Shown: positions 60,230 through 64,000 of the stretch, one piece after another
Numbering within the stretch: position 1 is the first letter of the stretch
Layout of the letters: each line of letters opens with the position of its first letter
NCBI GenBank assembly: GCA_964511015.1
Contig: CAZEDX010000002.1
Location: 197 to 64,196 of the forward strand
From: an uncultured bacterium
GTDB taxonomy: Bacteria; Lernaellota; Lernaellaia; Lernaellales; Lernaellaceae
Direction of reading: 5' to 3'
DNA: 64,000 nucleotides
The notes under the pieces: generated by a model
What the model was told of the DNA's origin: nothing
What the model saw: only the letters and a program-made list of their open reading frames with translations
Database searches by the model: none
Translations under genes and position numbers: made by a program

Positions 60230-62176
60230 TCAACGCTTCTTGCGCTTCTTGGCTTCCGGTTTGTGCGAGCCTGTGTCGCCGTTAATCAACAAATAGGTTG
60301 TGCTTAGCAAACCGTCGCTGTAAAACTCAGAAATCCGTTTGGCCTCGGCCGGCAATAAGGTCCCATCCTTGATCTGTTTTTCCAACTCACGTTGGAAAAT
60401 CGTTTCAATCTCCTGGGGATCGTAGCGCACATAGGCCAAAGACTCGCGGATACAGTCGCCGCGGATGATCTTCTGAATATGCGGACGGCCGTCTTCGTCC
60501 ACCACGACGATTGCTTCGTTGGTTTTGCCGTACAGATTATGAAAGTCACCTAGAATGTCTTGGTAGGCGCCAACCAGGAAGACACCGATCCAGTACAGTT
60601 CGTCATTGGTCTTATGCAATTCCAGGAAGCGGCGCTCGTCGTGGATGTCAATGAAGTTGTCGATCACGCCGTCCGAATCACAAGTGATGTCGCACAAGAT
60701 CGCGCCCGTGTCAGGTTCCTCATTCAGGCGGTGAATCGGCATGACAGGAAATAGCTGTTCGATCGCCCAGCTATCCGGTATGGACTGGAAAACCGAGAAG
60801 TTGCAAATGTAGCGCAAAGCCAGGTCGCGTTGCAGGTCGGCGAATTCCTCCCGGAGCGGGCCCGGCTCGCGGAAGGCATAGTGCACTGCTTGGCGGCAGA
60901 TGTCCCAATAGAGCGCCTCGCCGCGCGCCCGGTCGTCGAGATCCAGATACCCCAGGCTGAATAGTGAGAACAACTCATCCCGGTGTTCCAGTGCGTCGTG
61001 ATAGTACTCGCGATAGTTCTTGCGCGAGATGTTCTTCCAGATGTCATACAACTCGGCGACGACCTGCGGGTCGTCGTCTTTGGTCCGAATCGTTTCCGGG
61101 TCGAGGTACGTTTGCGGAACACGATGCACGTTCATCACCAGCACCGCGTGGTGGGCGGTGATCGCACGACCCGACTCACTGACGATCACCGGCGGTTCGA
61201 TATCTTCGTTTTCGCAAACGTCCATGATTGTATAGACCACGTCGTTGGCGTATTCCTCTACGCTATAGTTGGTCGAGCTATCGCTACTGGTCTTCGATCC
61301 GTCGTAGTCTACACCCAGGCCGCCGCCGACGTTCAGATAGCGTAACGATCTCACTTCTTTCTTGAGCTTTGCGTAGACACGGGCCGCTTCCTTGATCGCG
61401 TTCTTGATACGTTTGATTTCCGTGATCTGGCTGCCAACATGGAAGTGCAGCAACTCCAGCCATTCGAGCTTGTCCGCTTCACGGAGCATCTTGACGACTT
61501 CCAGCACTTCCGCGGTGCTCAGCCCGAACTTGCTGCGGTCACCACCCGACTCTTCCCAGCGACCCGATCCCCGCGCGTTAAGCCGAACCCGCATGCCGAG
61601 TGGCACACGAATGCCTTCTTTGGCGACCAACGCCAAGAAACGTTGGACTTCGTGTACCGATTCCAGCACCACGACTACGTTCCTCCCCATTCGTTTGGCC
61701 TGCAACGCCAACATGTGGTAGTTGGCGTCTTTGAAGCCATTGCACAGCAATAGGCTGTCTTCGGCTAGCGGCAGCGTGCAGGCTACATACATCTCGGGCT
61801 TGGAGCCAACTTCAATGCCGTAGCTGAAGCGCTTGCCTGCCTTCAGAATGGCTTCCACCACCTCCTTGCGGTGGTTGACCTTCATGGGAAATACGCCCAG
61901 ATAGCGGTTCTTGTATTTGAATTCACGGATCGCGCTGGTAAACGCCCAATGGAGTTGCTCTAGCCGATGCTCCAGGATCTGGGGGAAACGGAACAAGAAC
62001 GGTGGTGTGAGGCCTTTTTGCTGTACGGATTCCACCAATTCCGCCAAGTCGAGTTTCTGGTGGCCGTCAGCGTTAACGTCGACCTGCACGTGCCCGCGGT
62101 GATTAATGGTGAAATAGCCAGCCCCCCACTTTTCGGGAAAATACACCTTCTCCGCGTATTTGGTTCGAACCGCCAT
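60230..62176 (-). CDS. speA: Biosynthetic arginine decarboxylase
   Basis: SpeA-type PLP decarboxylase sequence FPMKVN and full-length ~650-aa architecture. ATG at 62176 preceded by GGAGGAG. Confidence 0.9.
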   Translation of the reverse strand: MAVRTKYAEKVYFPEKWGAGYFTINHRGHVQVDVNADGHQKLDLAELVESVQQKGLTPPFLFRFPQILEHRLEQLHWAFTSAIREFKYKNRYLGVFPMKVNHRKEVVEAILKAGKRFSYGIEVGSKPEMYVACTLPLAEDSLLLCNGFKDANYHMLALQAKRMGRNVVVVLESVHEVQRFLALVAKEGIRVPLGMRVRLNARGSGRWEESGGDRSKFGLSTAEVLEVVKMLREADKLEWLELLHFHVGSQITEIKRIKNAIKEAARVYAKLKKEVRSLRYLNVGGGLGVDYDGSKTSSDSSTNYSVEEYANDVVYTIMDVCENEDIEPPVIVSESGRAITAHHAVLVMNVHRVPQTYLDPETIRTKDDDPQVVAELYDIWKNISRKNYREYYHDALEHRDELFSLFSLGYLDLDDRARGEALYWDICRQAVHYAFREPGPLREEFADLQRDLALRYICNFSVFQSIPDSWAIEQLFPVMPIHRLNEEPDTGAILCDITCDSDGVIDNFIDIHDERRFLELHKTNDELYWIGVFLVGAYQDILGDFHNLYGKTNEAIVVVDEDGRPHIQKIIRGDCIRESLAYVRYDPQEIETIFQRELEKQIKDGTLLPAEAKRISEFYSDGLLSTTYLLINGDTGSHKPEAKKRKKR

Positions 62177-62224
62177 CTCGTCGTTCTCCTCCACCCAAGC
62201 GCGCCGCACGGCGCGTCGCCTTAC

Positions 62225-63364
62225 TTACTCTGCATCAGGTAGCGAGTCAAACGGTCGTTCAATTCGCACTGTTCCGTCAAGAGGTACATCGACGATCAAT
62301 AGCTTTTTACGCCCCTGGGCATCAATCAGGTTTAGCAAGTGGTGTCCAGCCGGCACCGCGTCGTCGAAAGGAGTCTCGCCCGCGAGGCGGTCTTGGCGAT
62401 AGATCTTACACGGACGACCGACGTCGATCACCAGCCGCCCGTTGAATTCGTAACGTTTGCGCCAGGTCTGATTGGCCGGCACTTCGATATCTTCGCGATG
62501 GTAGATACCAACTGTATCGTTCACCAATTCGAGCACATGGTGGCCAGGGGCCACGCCAATGCGATCCACCGGCGAATAACCGATCCATTCTCCGTCAAGT
62601 TTCACCCGAACGCGAGGCTGGCTAACCACATGCAAACCCGATCCGCCTCGCGACAGCGAAAATTCGATCATCCGTGGTTCGTCGGGCCGGAGGGTGATCA
62701 CCTGTTCGCTGGTCAAATAGCCTTCGAGTTCGGCTCGTACGTGCAACGGAACCCCGGCGTTCAAGCGCTTGACTTTGAGCGGGGTTATGCCGGCCAAACG
62801 AACACCGTCGACATACACCTTGGCGCCGGGGGGCGTGGTTTCGATCGACACCTCGCCCGCCACCGCTGTAACATCCGCCGCCATAACAAAATACGGCATG
62901 TCACCGGTACGTAGTCGGAACTGACGATATTGCCAGGTGAACTGCCGAACATGACCGTTGACCACGGTTACTTCGTCTAGGAACGACTGTGCCTGTCCTT
63001 CACGATCCAGCGCATAGCCGTAACTAGCGTCATCTCGCTTGGTCACTTGGTAGGTACCGCGCAACACCGTGACCTGGTCTGGGTAGCGATCATAATCAGT
63101 GTCCAAATGCACGACCATCGTCCACGTATAGTCGATGGCGAAGTCGATGAATCCGGCTTCGTACCCATCATCGGTTTGCCGCCAGAAGGTGTAAGTGCCG
63201 TACAGCCGGTCCGGCGATACCGTCAGCTCCGGCGCGGCCTGCTCCAACGTCGGCGGAGGAGGCTCCTCCGCGGCCCACGACCAAGCCGCCATGAGACAAC
63301 AAACCAGCAGTAGCCAACGAGCCGTATTACGCAATGTGTTCCTCCGGTCAACAAGCGAGATCAA
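62225..63364 (-). CDS. Secreted protein with three PEGA-like domains
   Basis: Signal peptide LLLVCCLMAAWSWAAE. Three PEGA-like segments: PPGAKVYVDGVRLAGITP, VRVKLDGEWIGYSP and ETPFDDAVPAGHHLLNL. Confidence 0.65.
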   Translation of the reverse strand: MISLVDRRNTLRNTARWLLLVCCLMAAWSWAAEEPPPPTLEQAAPELTVSPDRLYGTYTFWRQTDDGYEAGFIDFAIDYTWTMVVHLDTDYDRYPDQVTVLRGTYQVTKRDDASYGYALDREGQAQSFLDEVTVVNGHVRQFTWQYRQFRLRTGDMPYFVMAADVTAVAGEVSIETTPPGAKVYVDGVRLAGITPLKVKRLNAGVPLHVRAELEGYLTSEQVITLRPDEPRMIEFSLSRGGSGLHVVSQPRVRVKLDGEWIGYSPVDRIGVAPGHHVLELVNDTVGIYHREDIEVPANQTWRKRYEFNGRLVIDVGRPCKIYRQDRLAGETPFDDAVPAGHHLLNLIDAQGRKKLLIVDVPLDGTVRIERPFDSLPDAE

Positions 63365-63443
63365 TTAACGACGATTGGACGCGATTGTAAAGCCAGTTGC
63401 GTCGGCAACAACAACAAAAAAGTGATCCGTTGTAACAATTTGA

Positions 63444-63471
63444 TTGCATCTGAAAACGGACGAATTATAAT
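63444..63471 (+). promoter_or_regulatory. Candidate sigma-70 promoter TTGCAT-n16-TATAAT in the AT-rich intergenic region
   Basis: Read directly. Oriented toward the downstream ddl-like gene. Confidence 0.3.
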
Positions 63472-63695
63472 GCCCCACCGAAGAGAACATGCGGCAACAC
63501 GTTCTCGCTCGATAATCCAAGCCAACTAAGGTTCGAAGGAAAATGGAAGAGAGCTTACCAGACCGACGACCGCAACAGGCTCGACGTAACACTGTACTTC
63601 ATTGCTCGAACCCCAAAAAACCGATCTAGTTTGAACCAGATGCGATTCACCGACCGGCCGCCATTAAGAATTATCAGATCGCGGGGGATGTAGCG

Positions 63696-64000
63696 ATGAG
63701 GATCGCCTTTACTTACAACCTGCAAGTCAACCAGGGCGAGGAAGAAGCTGAATTCGACCGCCTGGACACCGTGCGCGCGATCGCCGAGTCGTTGGAGCGA
63801 TTGGGACACGAGGTCGAGCAGATCGAAGTCTCGGGACCGGCATCACGGTTGGTTGCCCGACTGGAAGCCCTCAATCCCGCCCTGATCTTCAACACGGCGG
63901 AAGGGCGCCATAGCCGTTACCGCGAAGCGTTCTACCCCGGTTTGTTCGAGCAACTGGGCTTGCCCTATACCGGCTCCGATGCGTACGTCTGTTCGCTCAC
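63696..64000 (+). CDS. D-alanine--D-alanine ligase family (ATP-grasp) protein, N-terminal fragment; 3'-partial (runs off window end)
   Basis: ATG preceded by GGGGGA. Translation MRIAFTYNL...FNTAEGRHSRYREAFYPGLFEQLGLPYTGSD resembles the Ddl N-domain (hGxxGEDGxxQG...PyvGs). No stop before the window end. Confidence 0.5.
   Translation, partial: MRIAFTYNLQVNQGEEEAEFDRLDTVRAIAESLERLGHEVEQIEVSGPASRLVARLEALNPALIFNTAEGRHSRYREAFYPGLFEQLGLPYTGSDAYVCSL

Overview
This is a high-GC (about 62-64%) bacterial chromosomal segment with dense, mostly co-directional or translationally coupled genes. I found no rRNA, tRNA, CRISPR array, transposase or integrase. Domain content (many PAS/GAF/GGDEF/HD-GYP/PilZ signalling proteins, a Ser/Thr kinase-STAND-TPR regulator, FG-GAP and poly-Asp lipoproteins, B12-radical-SAM, RRM protein) suggests a Deltaproteobacteria/Myxococcota-like or similar uncultivated lineage, but that is only a guess. 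Recognisable housekeeping blocks, all on the minus strand unless noted: a C-terminal asnB-like asparagine synthetase fragment (+, runs off the 5' window edge); pstS-pstC-pstA-pstB-phoU; rnc-era-der; miaB-like/pfkB/Fe-S/FadL-like OMP; ftsB; ligA (+) and acyP (+); ald; speA. Accessory or unusual content: (1) a c-di-GMP module whose first gene is a 1065-aa PilZ-PilZ-hydrolase-like-SAM-methyltransferase fusion, coupled to an HK-REC-HK dual-kinase hybrid and a REC-HD-GYP protein; (2) a MacAB-type tripartite exporter followed by a PHP-domain lipoprotein and an FG-GAP protein, both with poly-Asp modules; (3) a 1508-aa multi-PAS hybrid kinase; (4) a PAS-GGDEF-HD-GYP gene divergent from pstS with Pho-box-like phased repeats between them; (5) a tightly packed four-gene operon (polytopic membrane::DUF362 giant, orphan 428-aa protein, Ser/Thr kinase-STAND-TPR, B12-binding radical SAM), which I rank as the best candidate for an undescribed system; (6) an RRM RNA-binding protein gene with a clear promoter, long 5' UTR and terminator, followed by about 1 kb of lower-GC ORF-poor DNA; (7) two GT83/GT39-type membrane glycosyltransferases and a Mut7-C/DUF82 protein. 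Start codons were refined by RBS and overlap inspection where stated. Coordinates derived from the ORF track are reliable. Hand-indexed motif positions may be off by 1 nt.
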